Source: Octopus bimaculoides
Lineage: Eukaryota
Length of the DNA stretch: 64,000 nucleotides
Direction of reading: 5' to 3'
Assembly: GCF_001194135.2 (NCBI RefSeq)
Contig: NC_068990.1
Coordinates: forward strand, 17,466,795 to 17,530,794
The position numbers and the translations under genes were made by a program. The notes beneath the pieces were generated by a model. It searched no databases. It saw nothing but the letters and a program-made list of their open reading frames with translations, and was not told where the DNA came from. Positions 14,310-28,147 of the stretch are shown one piece after another; within the stretch, counting starts at the first letter, position 1, and each line of letters opens with the position of its first letter.

Positions 14310-15134
14310 GCATGGCATGAAGAAAAAGAACAGTTTAGAAATTTGCTTCCCAACCACATGATTTCAAGTGCAGTCTCACTGCGTGGAACCCTGAGCAAGT
14401 GTTTTCTACTTGTCAAAGCCTTATGAGTAGATTTGGTAGATGGAGCCCTCAGCTGTATATTCTCCTACCATCATACACAACAGAGGCAAGCAGCTTGAAT
14501 TTGCGGATTTTGTTTAATGACTAACATTCTTTAATGTTCGTTTTCCATGTTGGCATGTGTTAGATAGTTTGACTGGAGCTGATACCAGGCTCCAATTATC
14601 TGTTTTTGCTTGGTTGCTACAGCTGGATGCCCTCCCTAACACCAACACTTTACAGAGTGTTATGGATGCCTTTTACATGTCACTGGCATGGGCTTCTTTT
14701 ATGTGTCACCAACCTCACTCACAAATCAATTGTATGATTGACACTTCATCATCAGTTAAAAGCTATACTCAGAGCATGCTCATACTCAACATTGATCATG
14801 TCCCACTCAGCATTCGTATGACTTTGAATGCAAACTTAGGCAGCACCACGGTGAAGTTAATCCATATAGCTTCATTATCACTGATTCATTCATCATTGAT
14901 CTGAGATGATACAGTATGCTCAGATGTGAACCATGTTATACTTATCATGGATTAATCAGTGATAACATGGATCAGCGATTACCCAAAGATTCTGCTTGTA
15001 CCACAAAGAAATACCCCAGGGACCTCACCACAATGTTTAGCTGTCCAAAATACACTGACTCTCACTTGTGTTTATATGACCATGCTGCAAGGCTGTGTAT
15101 TTTACATAGAGATTAGCATAGTCCTATCCATTAA

Positions 15135-15310
15135 CATGGGACCAGTGAACGGAAGAAAAAATATGAAGGCATCTGATCCTAGCAAATGATGCAGATGAGT
15201 GTATTCTGTACAAGAAAAGGTAGAAGTAATCAAGAAAATATGTGATAACGGAAGCTTTGCTGCTGTATGTCACAAGTTTGGTGCTAATGAATCTACCAAT
15301 TACGAAGTGC
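15135..15310 (+). mobile_element. pogo/Tigger transposase N-terminal (psq-type HTH) relic
   Basis: MGP...YSVQEKVEVIKKICDNGSFAAVCHKFGANEST resembles the CENP-B/psq helix-turn-helix. Confidence 0.6.
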
Positions 15311-15477
15311 AGGAAGGTGATTCATTTATCACTGTTGTTTTGGAACCAAACTCTCATGATAGATGTATACAGAACTACACTGAAGTTATTTCTTTAACAG
15401 TAGTTACTGTTTCAGTCAGACACACTCACCCCCACTGAATCCAAGTGCAATGACTGATTGAGATGTGAGCAGACATT

Positions 15478-15688
15478 CTTTTCTACTCTAGAAATTTTGG
15501 GGGAGGAGGCCAGTCGATTAGATCGACCCCAGTACACAACTGGTACTTAATTTATTGACCCCAAAAAGATGAAAGGCAAAGTTGACCTCAGCGGAATTTG
15601 AACTCAGAACGTAAAGACAGATGAAATGCCACTAAGTATTTCGCCCAGTGTGCTAACATTTCTGCCAGCTCACTGCCTTTGTGAGCAA
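15478..15688 (-). mobile_element. SINE family A with a 15-bp TSD
   Basis: ATGTGAGCAGACATT is at 15463-15477 and 15689-15703. Confidence 0.8.
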
Positions 15689-18077
15689 ATGTGAGCAGAC
15701 ATTGCTCCAATCAGTCCACATCAACAATAAAGTGTTTCACAAGTAGTAAAAGAACTGAAAGACTGCAATCAAATGTCTTTTGTTTGTAAAGATGCCATAT
15801 TTAGAACTATATGAAGTCATTCAGTAGACTCTAACAATCTACAAATCACATCTTATTTTATATATCTTTTATTACACCAAGCATAATCAGCAGTCACTTG
15901 CTCTGTTAAAAAATAGCAGCTAAATCACACCCTACCGTCTTAAATAATGAAGGATATATTAGACATTGTTGTTCTTGACATAAAAAGAAAAAAGGATGGA
16001 ACATCTTTGATTATAAATCTGTTGGATCAGGAATATTTTCTGTGAAGTGTGAGTGAGGATGTATGAGGAAGTGGGGGGCTATGTGTGTATCCGTGTGTAT
16101 GTGTGTTTGTATGTATGTATGTGTGGATGTAGGTGTGCGTGCGTGTGTGTAAGTGTACATGTGTGTGTGTGGTGTGCACACCTGTACATATTTGCATGTG
16201 TATGTTTGCATTAGCATTGGGAAAACGAGAGATTTCATTTTAAATTCTCCCCCACCACACACCACCACGACCAACAACAACAACCTCTCTCTTACTCGTT
16301 ATCAGTTCTAGTTTCATACCTCCACACTGATTAGTTCTCATTAAGCTACCGTGTACTACTGACATCTATAATTGATAACAGAATGGAACATATATCATCA
16401 TCATCATCATAATCATCGTTTAACGTCTGCTTTCCATGCTAGCATGGGTTGGACGATTTGACTGAGGACTGGTGAAACCGGATGGCAACACCAGGCTCCA
16501 ATCTAAATTTGGCAGAGTTTCTACAGCTGGATGCCCTTCCTAACGCCAACCACTCAAATCAAAATATAAAATATGAAAATGTATTTTTTCCTCCTTTGTA
16601 CTCAAACTTGTTGATTAAATTTTCAGTGAAAGTTAAATCATTTAATTTCGGTGAAAATAACCCCACCATTTCACAGTCGTACTTGTTTGACAAGTAACTT
16701 GATTTAAAATATGGTGAAATATTTCTAGAGTGGGAGAGCCAAAAGAATAATTGAAAAAAAACAAATATGCCATTGAATTTAGTATTTTTTTGTGACAACG
16801 ATGGTATGTGGCCTAATGGTATGGGTATTCAGTCCACAATCATATAGACGTCAGTTCAATTCCTAGACCAGACGGTACACTATGTCCTTTACACATTGCT
16901 TTCATCTACTCAGCTGAAAATGAGTACTAGCTAAGTTCTTGTGCAGCTCTCTTTCTCTCTCCCTCCCTCTCTCTTCCTCTCACCCTCTTTCCATCCCTCT
17001 CTGACTGTCCATTCTACCTGTGTTGCTGGATATAAGAGCTAGAGAGTCAAGAGAGTATCTATATCTACCTGTAGCCACCACATAGGCACCTAAAATTATC
17101 ATAAATGTGGTCCATGTTACCAAGCCTTACTTGTCCATGAATAATGGTCGGCTCCTTTTTTTTTTTTTTGCGACGGTATTTATCAACCAGGACACGTTGC
17201 AGTTGAGTTTTAAGACTCCAGAATAAGTCATTGAAAAGTGCCAAAAGAAGTAATAAGAAGAAATCTGGATACCACAGAGAATATTACTAAAACTCAACAT
17301 CCGCTTCAAATGATCAAGAGTACTTGACCCTTCCATTATGTGACTCACCTTTCTAGTGACCATTATAAAAGCAGGTTTGAGATATGAACTCTCTAGCAGA
17401 GATAACACACTAATGTCAATTCAGCCTAACAATGACCTCCTTTGCCACTGCAGTCAAGATAGCAACAGAGGACACCATCAGCTTCACCATCTCCACCTCA
17501 GTCTCATGAGGCTTCTTTCTGCATCTTACTAACAAAAACACACACACAAACATATACAAAGCTATATATATATATATATATATATAATCACCAAAAGTGT
17601 TCTCACATAAACATACTTAATGTTACACCTAGCTTGCTTATAATGACCAGATATAGTGTAAACTTTGGTTTGCTAAAACTTAGGCCTTTCATTTCCCTGA
17701 AGATCTCTTTGACTGTTGTGGCCCAGCTTACTCATTTTAATGTTTAATAAAAACTGCATGTTTATATCTTAAGGAAAGATTTATCTATTATTCCATCTCA
17801 ACAATATATCCATGCTTACAATCACACATACACTCTGTGTGTGTGTGGGGGGGGGGGGGGGGTGCATGTGCACGAGTGCATATATACATTACAGGCTTTT
17901 ATATAGTTTTTGTCTACCAAATTCACTTGCAAGGCATTGGTTGGTTCAGTGCTGTACAAGAAGTCTCTAACCCAAGGTGCTCTGCAATGGAACTGAACCT
18001 GACTAAAAACTTGTGGTTACAAAGCAAACTTCTTAACCACACACCCATGCTTATATTTATATATATATATACATCGC

Positions 18078-18280
18078 CATGATAGATTGCTAGCCACTAC
18101 ACATTCTTCTTTTTCTCTCTGTGTTTTTCTCTTTGTTTCTTTCTGTGTTCCTTTCTGTGAAAGAGCATAGGCTCAAAACGTTAAAGACTTTTTCACTTCC
18201 TGACCATTATACTAATACATCTGTTTGTTTTCTACACCACCTGTCTTCGTCTTTTTGTTTTTTTTTGTGAATTCTCCCTA
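18078..18280 (+). mobile_element. Non-autonomous PLE-like element with a degenerate minimal hammerhead (18151-18186), inserted in (TA)n
   Basis: CTTT-CTGTGAA-A-GAGC-ATAG-GCTC-AAAA-CGT-T-AAAG. The element is homologous to 48150-48330 and has TA repeats on both sides. Confidence 0.6.
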
Positions 18281-18844
18281 TATATATATATATATATACA
18301 TAAATATAGACACACACACAAACACTACTTTGAAAGACATTCTAGAAACTGAAACTTCAAAGGAATTTACAAATAAATTATTATTTTATATATATATATA
18401 TACACACAACATATATGTAACACACACACACACACATACACACAAACACATATATACATACACTAAGTATTTTTATTTTTCTTCATTTATTCCTTCAAGC
18501 ATACTGGGAAACAGTTCAACTCTTTTAAACTTCTACTAGACATCTGTTCCTAATATATCCACCACACACACACTCACACACACATACATGTATGTATGTA
18601 TTTATGCATGTATAAGACCTCACAGAAACTACTCTAAAAGCTGGTCTTTGCTTTGTTGTTCCTCTCATGAAATGGTTAATTCTCATAAACGCCGCCTCAT
18701 AAACTGATTCTGATTACAACTGTATAATTGAATCCATGTAGCAATAAATAAATAAATAAAAATAAATATATAAATATAAATCCAGAAAAAATTACACTCA
18801 ATAACAGAAACACAATGTCTCTCTCAATGGCAACGTTCTTGTTT

Positions 18845-19072
18845 CTTTATTGCCCACAAGGGGCTAAACATAGAGGGGACAAACAAGAACAGACAAAGGG
18901 AGTAAGTCAATTACATTGACCCCAGTGTGTAACTGGTACTTAATTTATCGACCCCGAAAGGATGAAAAGCAAAGTCGACCTTGGTGGGATTTGAACTCAG
19001 AACGTAACGGCAGACGAAATACCGATAAGCATTTCGCCCGATGTGCTAACGTTTCTGCCAGCTCACCGCCTT
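18845..19072 (-). mobile_element. SINE family A variant (different 3' end) with a 19-bp TSD
   Basis: The TSD AATGRCAAYGTTCTTGTTT is at 18826-18844 and 19073-19091. Confidence 0.8.
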
Positions 19073-19425
19073 AATGACAATGTTCTTGTTTAGCTCCAAC
19101 TGGTTTTTGATCCCAGAGATCTTTAATGAACTCAATCATTTGTTCACACACACACACACACNNNNNNNNNNNNNNNNNNNNNNNNNNNNNNNNNNNNNNN
19201 NNNNNNNNNNNNNNNNNNNNNNNNNNNNNNNNNNNNNNNNNNNNNNNNNNNNNNNNNNNNNNNNNNNNNNNNNNNNNNNNNNNNNNNNNNNNNNNNNNNN
19301 NNNNNNACACACATATATATATATATATATATTTTCCAGAGGATGTAGCAACCGTTACCAATATAGCATAAGAACTTACCTTAGGGGATCATTAACTAGA
19401 TTCCTTAAGGGTCGTTCTCACAGTT

Positions 19426-19569
19426 TATATTTATATTATAAGGTTTTTAACTTTTAAGTTTTCATATTCAAAAGAGACAGAGACTTCAAATTCGATATAT
19501 CGAATTTGAAGTCTCTGTCTCTTTTGAATATGAAAATTTAAAAGTTAAAAACCTTATAATATATATATA
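19426..19569. repeat. Near-perfect spacerless palindrome (about 144 bp)
   Basis: The centre TTCGATA|TATCGAA is at 19497/19498. The 66-bp arms (19432-19563) have one mismatch. Confidence 0.95.
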
Positions 19570-20669
19570 TATATATACCATGGGCTTGGCTTCCACCCAA
19601 TTTCTGTGTACCAAATTCATTCACAAGGCATTGGTTGACCCAGAGCTGTTGTAGAAGACACTTGCCCAAGGTGCTACATACTAGGACTGAACCCAAAACT
19701 ACATGATTAAGTTTCTTAACCACACAGCAAATCCTTGAAACAAAGAAGTTTATATCATATAAACAGGGGTGGTCTAAGGTGGGTTGGCATCCAAAGGGCT
19801 AAAGAGATCCTCGATGGTTCATCAAAGCTAGTGTTTTCTCCTTGTGTGTTTTTTTTAAATTTTTTTTATTTACACTCTTGATTCACAGTAGCTTGTCATG
19901 TTGCAAATCTGAAGAGTTTTTACAGTGCCATAAGATACAGAAAAATTTCTAAAAGTAACCATACTGTTGAGTGAGAAATCAGCCATTTGGAAACTGACTT
20001 TTCAACACATTCATAATCTGCTTATAACATAATCACGACGTGAATACATACGGCATAAACACAGAACGGAAACACACATCAGAGAGCAGAGACATAAAGC
20101 ATGATGCCTAATTATGGCCTTTTTTATCTTTATTTATTTATCTATTTATTTATTACAACCATATTTCTATTTAAGATATGGTAAAAGGAGGGAAACAAGA
20201 CTAAGCTAAAACACTCAGCTGGTTAAACACAAACTAGTAATGTTTATTTGCACTTTATCCAAAGGTTAGTTATGAAATACAATATATATATATATATGTC
20301 TGTGTGTATATATATATATATATACACACATTAATATATGACATACAGTAATGAGGATGAATCATAGTTGTGGCTTTTTCACCTCAACACGTTTAGTTTG
20401 GAATAAGGTAAAGGAAAACTATGAATGAGATAAGACACCTTGCTCTGTGCATTCCTACAAAATGTGAGTTGGTAGATAAAAAATATATTGGTTAATGAAT
20501 ACCCTTCATAAAAACAAAACACATACACACGTGTATATATATATATAAATATATTTGATAATTATATGTGTGTATATATATATAAATATATATATTTGAT
20601 AATTATATGTGTGTGTGTATATATATATATACTGACAACTATATATATAGATAAATATGTATATACTGA

Positions 20670-20745
<76 letters not shown>

Positions 20746-22990
20746 TATAAATAAATATATATATATATATTAATAATTATATATATATATGTATATTAAT
20801 AAATAGGTACAAATGCAGACATATATAAATAGGGACTATATTCCATATTTATCATGCTCCTGTTGCAGTAGAGGGTGAAGAAATTATATTTCACAGCTGG
20901 GGCCCATGAAAGGAGCAAGGAATCTCTAAGATGAAACCAATCTGATGACCTCTATCTTAACCTCTTCTTTATCTCTGCCATCCCAACCGATACCAGTTGC
21001 AAATTTTTCTTAGGGTGTCTCAAGGAAATCTGTGGACAGCTTACTGTTCCCTCATTTTGGTGGGCTCTACCCCTTAGAGAGAGAGTAGGGTAAAGTAAAG
21101 CAAAGAGCTCTGGTTGGAAGCAACACCACCATCTGGTTATGTCAACAACATTGGGGTCTCTGATAATATAGTGTGATTTAGTTAAATCACTGACACTCCC
21201 TTCTTTTTCTCCTTGTCCCCACTACACACAAACACACACACCAGGGTCCAGTCAAAGGAACACAAGATTTGTTTTGTTACTCCTTAATGACAAGATCACA
21301 AGCTGTCAAACTCACCAGTTGCTATTTTTTTTATCTCTGCTTGTTTTGGAGATATTTTCTTTACATGTTTTTAAAATTCTTTTTTGCTTTTTTAAAGCTT
21401 CCCCACCCCTCATGTCTTCTGGAAAAGTGAAGGCATGTGGTCTAGTGATTATGGTGTCACACTCATGATTGTAAGATCTTGGTTTCAATTCCCAGACCCT
21501 GGCAGTGTATTGTGTTCTTAAGCAAAACACTTCATTTTATGTTGTTCTGGTCTTTTCAACTGTAAATGAGTTCCAGCTATTTAATCTTTTTCTGACCATA
21601 TTTCTATCAACTTTAATATTAAACTCCCTTTTTATTTTTTAAACTTTCATTTTACTCATCATCATAATCTAATGCCCACTTTTCAAAGCTTGCATGGGTC
21701 AGGCGGGCACCATTCCTGCCACTAACCTTCACATGTTTCTTACCAAGGTAATATTAGTTTCAAATTTTGGCACAAAGCCAGGATCTAGTTTTTTTCATTC
21801 GCAAAATATGCTTTTTGCAGAAGACAGCAAAAAGTCTGAAAATTGGCTATAAGTCTCATTGCTTTGAAGGTATGATGTTATGGAGAAAAAAATCAGAGGA
21901 AAAAGTTACAGAGGTTTAAAAATTAAAAAAACTGGGTATTTTTAGCCAATAGCGAGACAGAGATTTCACTGTTCTGTTGGTATTTTGTCTGACTAGATTA
22001 CCTGCTTAGTTTGAAACCTGAAAAAGAAGATATCCCATACTTGAAAATGAGTAAGGGTTAGCAACAGGATGAGCATCCAGCTGTAAAACAGTGCTTCAGT
22101 AATATATTCACCTAACCCATGCAAGCAAGGAAAAACAGGTATAAAATGAATGAATTTTTCATTTTATTATCTGTAGACCTGAAGTTAGGTGGCAGGCTGG
22201 CAGAATTATTGGCATGCAGGACAAAATACATAGCAGCATTTTGTCCATCTTTACATTCTGAGTTCAAATGCCACTCAGGTTGAATTTTGGAGGTCGATAA
22301 AATAAGTACCAGTTGAACACAGGGGTCAATGTAATTGACAAATCCCCTTCCCTGAAATTGCTGCCTTGTGCCCAAAATGTGAAACCATTGTTTGTAGACC
22401 TGAAGACAGCGAGTTGACAGAATCGGTTAGCACACCAGAGGAAACACTTAGTGGCATTCTGTCTGTCTTTACATTCTGAGTTTAGATTTCATCAAGGTCA
22501 GCTTTGCCTTTCGTCCTTTCAGGGTTGATAAAATAAGTACCAGTTACGCACTGGGGTCAATGTAATTGACTTATTCCCATCCCTAAAACTGCTGGCCTTG
22601 TACCAAAATTTAATACCATTATTTTGCAGACCTAAACAAAAAGAGCCTCTTCCCTTACGAAAAATCTCATTAAGTTATATTGACCAGACAGTTTTTCCTC
22701 GTTAGAAGGTTCTGATCCACCCAATGAGATATCATTTAACATTACAGGATACCAGAAGGTGTGTGGGGGGTGGGTGGGGAGAGGCTGTCATTGAGATTCC
22801 ACATATATGAGAAACCATAGAACTTTCCACTCCCATACTCATCAGAATCACTTAATTATTGGTGTGTGTGTGTGTGTGTGTATGTGTGAGAGTGAGTATG
22901 TAAGTGTGAGTGTGGATATTCCGATGCATGCACACATACATATACAGGTATAATTTGGCCAAACTCAATTACAACTGGTGAAAATATTAT

Positions 22991-23035
<45 letters not shown>

Positions 23036-24204
23036 ACACACACACACACACACACGCACGGGCACACACACACGCACGGGCACACACACACACACACAGA
23101 TAGATAATTAGTTGAGACTGATGTGTTCAAAAGTAGCTAAGTAATGAATGTGTGTGTGTATGTGTGCGTATGCATGTGTGTGTGTGTGCATGTATTTGTG
23201 AGTCTGTGTGTGTGGGTGTTTACATTTTCTTTTTTTTTTGTGTAGGAGAGATGTTTTTTTCTGTATTTTGCTTTTGTAATCCCCACTCTACCGATTTGGC
23301 ATCAAAACAAAAAGTTTCTTTCAATTACAACCCAACTTATTGATAGCTATAGTTTGCTTACAAACAGCAGTAACATCACCATCAAGAATAACAACATACG
23401 TAGGTGGATAGATGAATATGGGGGGGTATTTGTGTGGGTGAGAGGGTAGGAGCATGCAAACAATTATCCAAAGCTTCAACTTTGAGAACCTAATTGAAAG
23501 AAAACAAACATGACAATGATTTTTAGATTTGGAGTTTGTTATGTTTCCCTCCCACACATTACAGTAGGGAAAAGTAAATTAGACGTGAGTTGATGGCTGT
23601 TTATTGGTGTTTAAACCTGGGTTTGAGTCGACAATTAATCAGTGACAATCCAATCACGCCCATCCCGCTTTTGTTCCTTTTTTTTTTTTTTTTTTTTTCA
23701 GAAATTCTGTTTGGAGCTATGTCATTCAATTTGTCCTTCCTATTTTGAAGATAATAGAGGGTGTTATGAGGAACATTTGACTGCTATTTATAGCAGGCTA
23801 TGCAAATAGAAAGGACATCCTTGTTAGCTTGACATAAGCAAGTTTCATTCCAATGTAATACAGTCAATTAAAGGCAATAAAGGAATGAAAGAGGATTGGC
23901 CAAGTCACTTAATGCTGCTACCCTCAGTCTGCTTCACTGATGAGTCTTCCACTTGACACAGTTAGCCCTTTCATTATCAACCCAATTGAGACTCCCATTG
24001 GTACCAACTTATATACTTCCTATTTTAAAGTGATTTAAGTTAAAGTATCCCATCAAAATTTTGTCTTAATTTATGCTCCAAAACACCAGCTTAATAATGG
24101 TAAGGTTCTTTTATTAAATTCTTCATTATTTTCAAAGATTAACTGAAATAAAAACAGTTTCAACATCTGGTATTTTGGTGTCTTTATTCTTCAGTCTCTG
24201 AGAA

Positions 24205-24530
24205 TAGCAGGCACCCCATCAGTTATGACAACAAGGGTTCCAGTTGATCTGATCAATGGAACAGTCAGCTTATGAAATAAACAAGTGAATGGCTGAGCAC
24301 TCTACAGACACACGTACCTTTAACATAGTTCTCAGAGAGATTCAGTGTGACACAAAATGTGATAATGCTGGCTGTTGAATTACAAGTATAACTCGTTTTT
24401 TTCCACCTGAGTGAACTGGAGCAATGTAAAAATAAAGCATCTCGCTCAAGGTCAATGTGCCACTGGGAATTGAATTCACAACCTTACAATCACAACTCGA
24501 ATATCCTAACCACTAAGCCATGTGCCTTCA
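24205..24530 (-). mobile_element. SINE family D (tRNA-like head with TTGAGCAAGACACTT core)
   Basis: Homologous copies lie at about 4140-4435, 8084-8208 plus 8598-8680, 16805-16930 (+), 21440-21575 (+), 42735-42872 and 59660-60000 (the last has a different, CTTTACCTTT-ending tail). Confidence 0.75.
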
Positions 24531-25231
24531 CCATCTCTGAGGATTACCCAATAGCATGATGCACTATTTCCTAGTGCAAAGCTCATTGGTCATGGTTTCT
24601 GCTTCCCTTTCTGTTATCTGTCTTAGAAATCCTATCAAAAATATTCATGGGCACTGCTCTTCCCCTTCTGACTAAGCACTAACAAAAAAATTAAATAAAA
24701 TATAAATCAAACCCAATCAATATTCTATCACCTTGTCCTTCCAATCCTAGTTTTACACCTTTCTGTTTTATAAATATTTCTTTCCCTCCTTGTTTCTGCC
24801 AACCTCTCCCAAGTAAACACATGCACACACCCTCCATGAAAGGAGTGTCACTTCTTAAATAAATGACATCAACATGAAACAGAAATGGTAAACATTGACA
24901 CAAGCAATGCATTATCGATAGACTAAAATAGAATTGCTTCCAATAGATCTTTTGACTCATGCAAATATTGGCTAAGAGGAAATACCTGTGCACATAAAAA
25001 TAACAAAAAATAATGCCTTCCAAAATAATGAATTGTTCCTGCTAAAACTGATTAACAATAACCAAAATTAGTCGTTAGCTGTGTGTATATTTGTTTTCAG
25101 TAGCTTAATGTATGCAGAGTGTGTTGAACATTAGAGACAGGTAAACCTGGATGTCATTCTATAACATATATGCTGTGTATCAAATAACAGTATATCATCA
25201 CCATACTCGTTTTAATATCTGTGCATATGTA

Positions 25232-25294
<63 letters not shown>

Positions 25295-27244
25295 ATATAT
25301 ATATGTATGTATAGTCAATTCAAATATGAACAAGCAAGAAAAAACAATAACGCGAGGACGTGGAATAAGTACTGTGTTATTGGACACTCAGGAAAGGAAA
25401 GAAAAGAAAGAGGATTTCACATTTCGAGCAGAGCTCTTCATCAGAAATATAGAAAAAGTCCAAATAAGGGAAGACAGAGAAAGAAAATCGCAAACGATAC
25501 ACACGCAGTCACACACACACACACATATCTATATCTTTGAATAAATTTGAATATCTTTGAATAAATTGATGTCTGTATGTAAATTTCTCTATTTTCTTCT
25601 TTTTCTTATTCATAAATACTTTAAATATTTATATATATCAATGCAAAACTAATATATTTAGTTTTCACTGAACACTGGTATAAGCCAGGGAACTAGGATG
25701 CTGGCATCTCTTAAAGGATTATAGATCCTTGACACAATTATATATATGCTAGCATGGAACACGGATGTTAAATGACAATGATAATAATGATTCATACACA
25801 CGTCTGGATTTGCAAAGAAGAGAAATAAGCACTCAATACAAGGAAAATTAATTCATTCATTTGATGGAAAAAAAGGCTTTAATGTTGCTACACAGATTTT
25901 CCCCATTTCCATTCTTTCCCGTTACAGTGAAGAACAAAAAAATGGAGATAGAGTGAAGCCTCTTCTTTGAACAGGAGATTGTGTGGGGCTGGGAGGTCAG
26001 AAAATGGGAAACACAATGTTATATTTATAAGATAGTGTGAATATTCACACCTGGTATGAAAATAGACAGATGTGTGAAGTAGTACATAAACAGGTAAACA
26101 TAGGTATATAAAGGCATAGAAAAATGTGTATAGTTTACACACACACACACACACGCACACTCTCAAGCCATGTATGTATATCTGCATGTATGTTTTGTTT
26201 TTCTCTTTATAATTTAGAGTTAACTTTGACTGACCAGCTGCTTGGCAGAAAGGTTGTAAAAGAAAGCATCTTATTTTGTTCATTATGTTTCAAATCCTAA
26301 AGTCTTACAGATTTTTATTGTCCCAAGTATCACGGTCATTTGTAATGTATGAATTAATCAAGGAGTTGTATTCTCTTCCCAGGAACTAGTTCAGCCATAC
26401 TTTACTCCAGGCATGTTGATATGCTTTATATATTTGTATGTGTGTATGCATGTATGCATATTTGTATGCACATGTGTGTATGTTTATATGTATGTATGTA
26501 TGTACAAATGTATATATGTATATCCTGTAACTGGCCAGCATTATGTGAAATGTTTTTATCAATGTCTTCAATTTATACCCTTGGATGCTTTAAGTGGAGT
26601 TCTTTTAGCCAAGGCTCCAGTTTTCCCTCTCTATCTAAGTTATTCTTGTATCATTGACCTTCAAAGGTTCAGGCTGGCCATCAGTCACAACAGTGTGAGA
26701 CATTCTGCAAAGGTTAGAAGGTCAATGTCATTGCCACCCTCTTCCCTAGACTTTTTTTTTTTCAAATTTATAGGCACAGGCATGGCTGTGTGGTAAGAGG
26801 TTTGCAGCTATCCAAGGGGTCAATAAACACCTGAAACAATTTCCAGCATTAAGGGTGCTTAATTATTATCAATATATATGACAATTTTTGTTGTTGTTTA
26901 TTAATCTCGTTAAGCTTTTACATTAAATATTTTTAAATATTTCTTATTAAAAAGCAGTAACGACAAAAAAGAATGAAGGAATTATTGTTTTTAAATTAAA
27001 AAAGTTTTTTATTAATTATACTTTTAAGAAATTTACATGATGAGAAGGTGTGTGGGTGTGCGGGGGGGGGGGGGGNNNNNNNNNNCTTTTAAGAAATTTA
27101 CATGATGAGAAGGTGTGTGGGTGTGCGGGGGGGGGGGGGTGATAAGTTGTCAATGACTCTGAAGGGGTCAATGATATAAGAAGTTTATCTAATGTGTTCA
27201 GCCTTGCTGAAGTAATTAGGACATAAATGGAGGGAGATTACTAT

Positions 27245-27296
<52 letters not shown>

Positions 27297-28075
27297 CCCT
27301 CATCATCATCAGCAGCAGCAGCAGCAGCAGTAGCATCACATGTGCATGGAGGAAGGGAGAAAAAGATGAGGTGCTCGCAACTGGAATGCCTTAGCTCTGC
27401 TCAATCATGGCTGACATATATCTAAGCAACAATGACAGCTGTCTCTTAACATTTGCAGAAACCAAAATGCTTTGCCTTTTCTCTATAAGGTCCCAACTAT
27501 GTACAGCTGTTGTTTAACTTCAGGTCAGCCCCAAACAAGCAGACTGCAGACTTATGGCTGACGGTGTTCCAATCTGGACCCTCATGCCCAGACCAACAAT
27601 TGCCTGTCTTGTTTTTCTTTTAAGACAGCAGGACAGCAATTGATATCCAAGGTTGATGGGGTGACAGTTAAAAATTTGTTGAGGAGGCAGACTTTTAAGA
27701 CACCTGTGTTACTATGGGAAAATTCGTTTTTAAATAAAAATGGTCCTAAGCAGCAAAAAGTTTGGGATGGGGGGAAAAACCATAGCAGTAGAGTATGATA
27801 TAAAGAATTTTTAGCTGTTTTATTTTGGCAGGGGAGCTGCTGTTTCTAGTAGGTCAAGTGATCATATAGGGGCTCTCTTATTGACTTGACCTTAACTATT
27901 ATACAGTCAAATGGCGCTTGAGAAGAATTAACTGACATTACTGCCAGGAATGTAACAGAAATGGAAACCAAAGGCCCAGATATTTATACTGAACGGGGCA
28001 GAAAAGAAAAGCTATTCAAAAGTTAAGAGATATTTATAGTAAAAAAAAAAAAACGAAAACTGATATAATCATGCA

Positions 28076-28147
28076 GATACCATGGTGGAATGGTTAGCAT
28101 TCTAGATTTTGAATCCAGGAATCTGAGTTCAAACTTTGGTGAGACCT
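28076..28147 (+). pseudogene. tRNA-Gln(TTG) pseudogene
   Basis: This 72 nt sequence is colinear with eukaryotic tRNA-Gln (CATGGTG.AATGGTTAGCA.TCT.GA.TTTGAATCCAG..ATC.GAGTTCAAA...GGTG.GACCT). It has several stem-breaking substitutions, no CCA, and a T6 run at 28154-28159. Confidence 0.8.

Noticed and set aside
22002-22017. 16-nt minus-strand micro-exon (TTTTTCAG|..|GTAATC)
   Set aside because: It is too short to evaluate, has no integrin motif, and is expected by chance in AT-rich DNA.
23362-23489. 128-nt minus-strand phase 2-to-1 candidate for integrin exon 2
   Set aside because: The splice sites and phases fit, but the peptide FSKLKLWIIVCMLLPSHPHKYPP.. lacks the GAP and G.VY.C motifs. RNA-seq could overturn this.
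27021-27140. Direct duplication of about 55 bp across a 10-N gap
   Set aside because: This is an unmerged contig overlap ending in poly-G, an assembly artefact.
27245-27335. (CAT)n/(CAG)n tract as a polyHis/polyGln coding region
   Set aside because: There is no flanking ORF or splice structure; it is a simple repeat.
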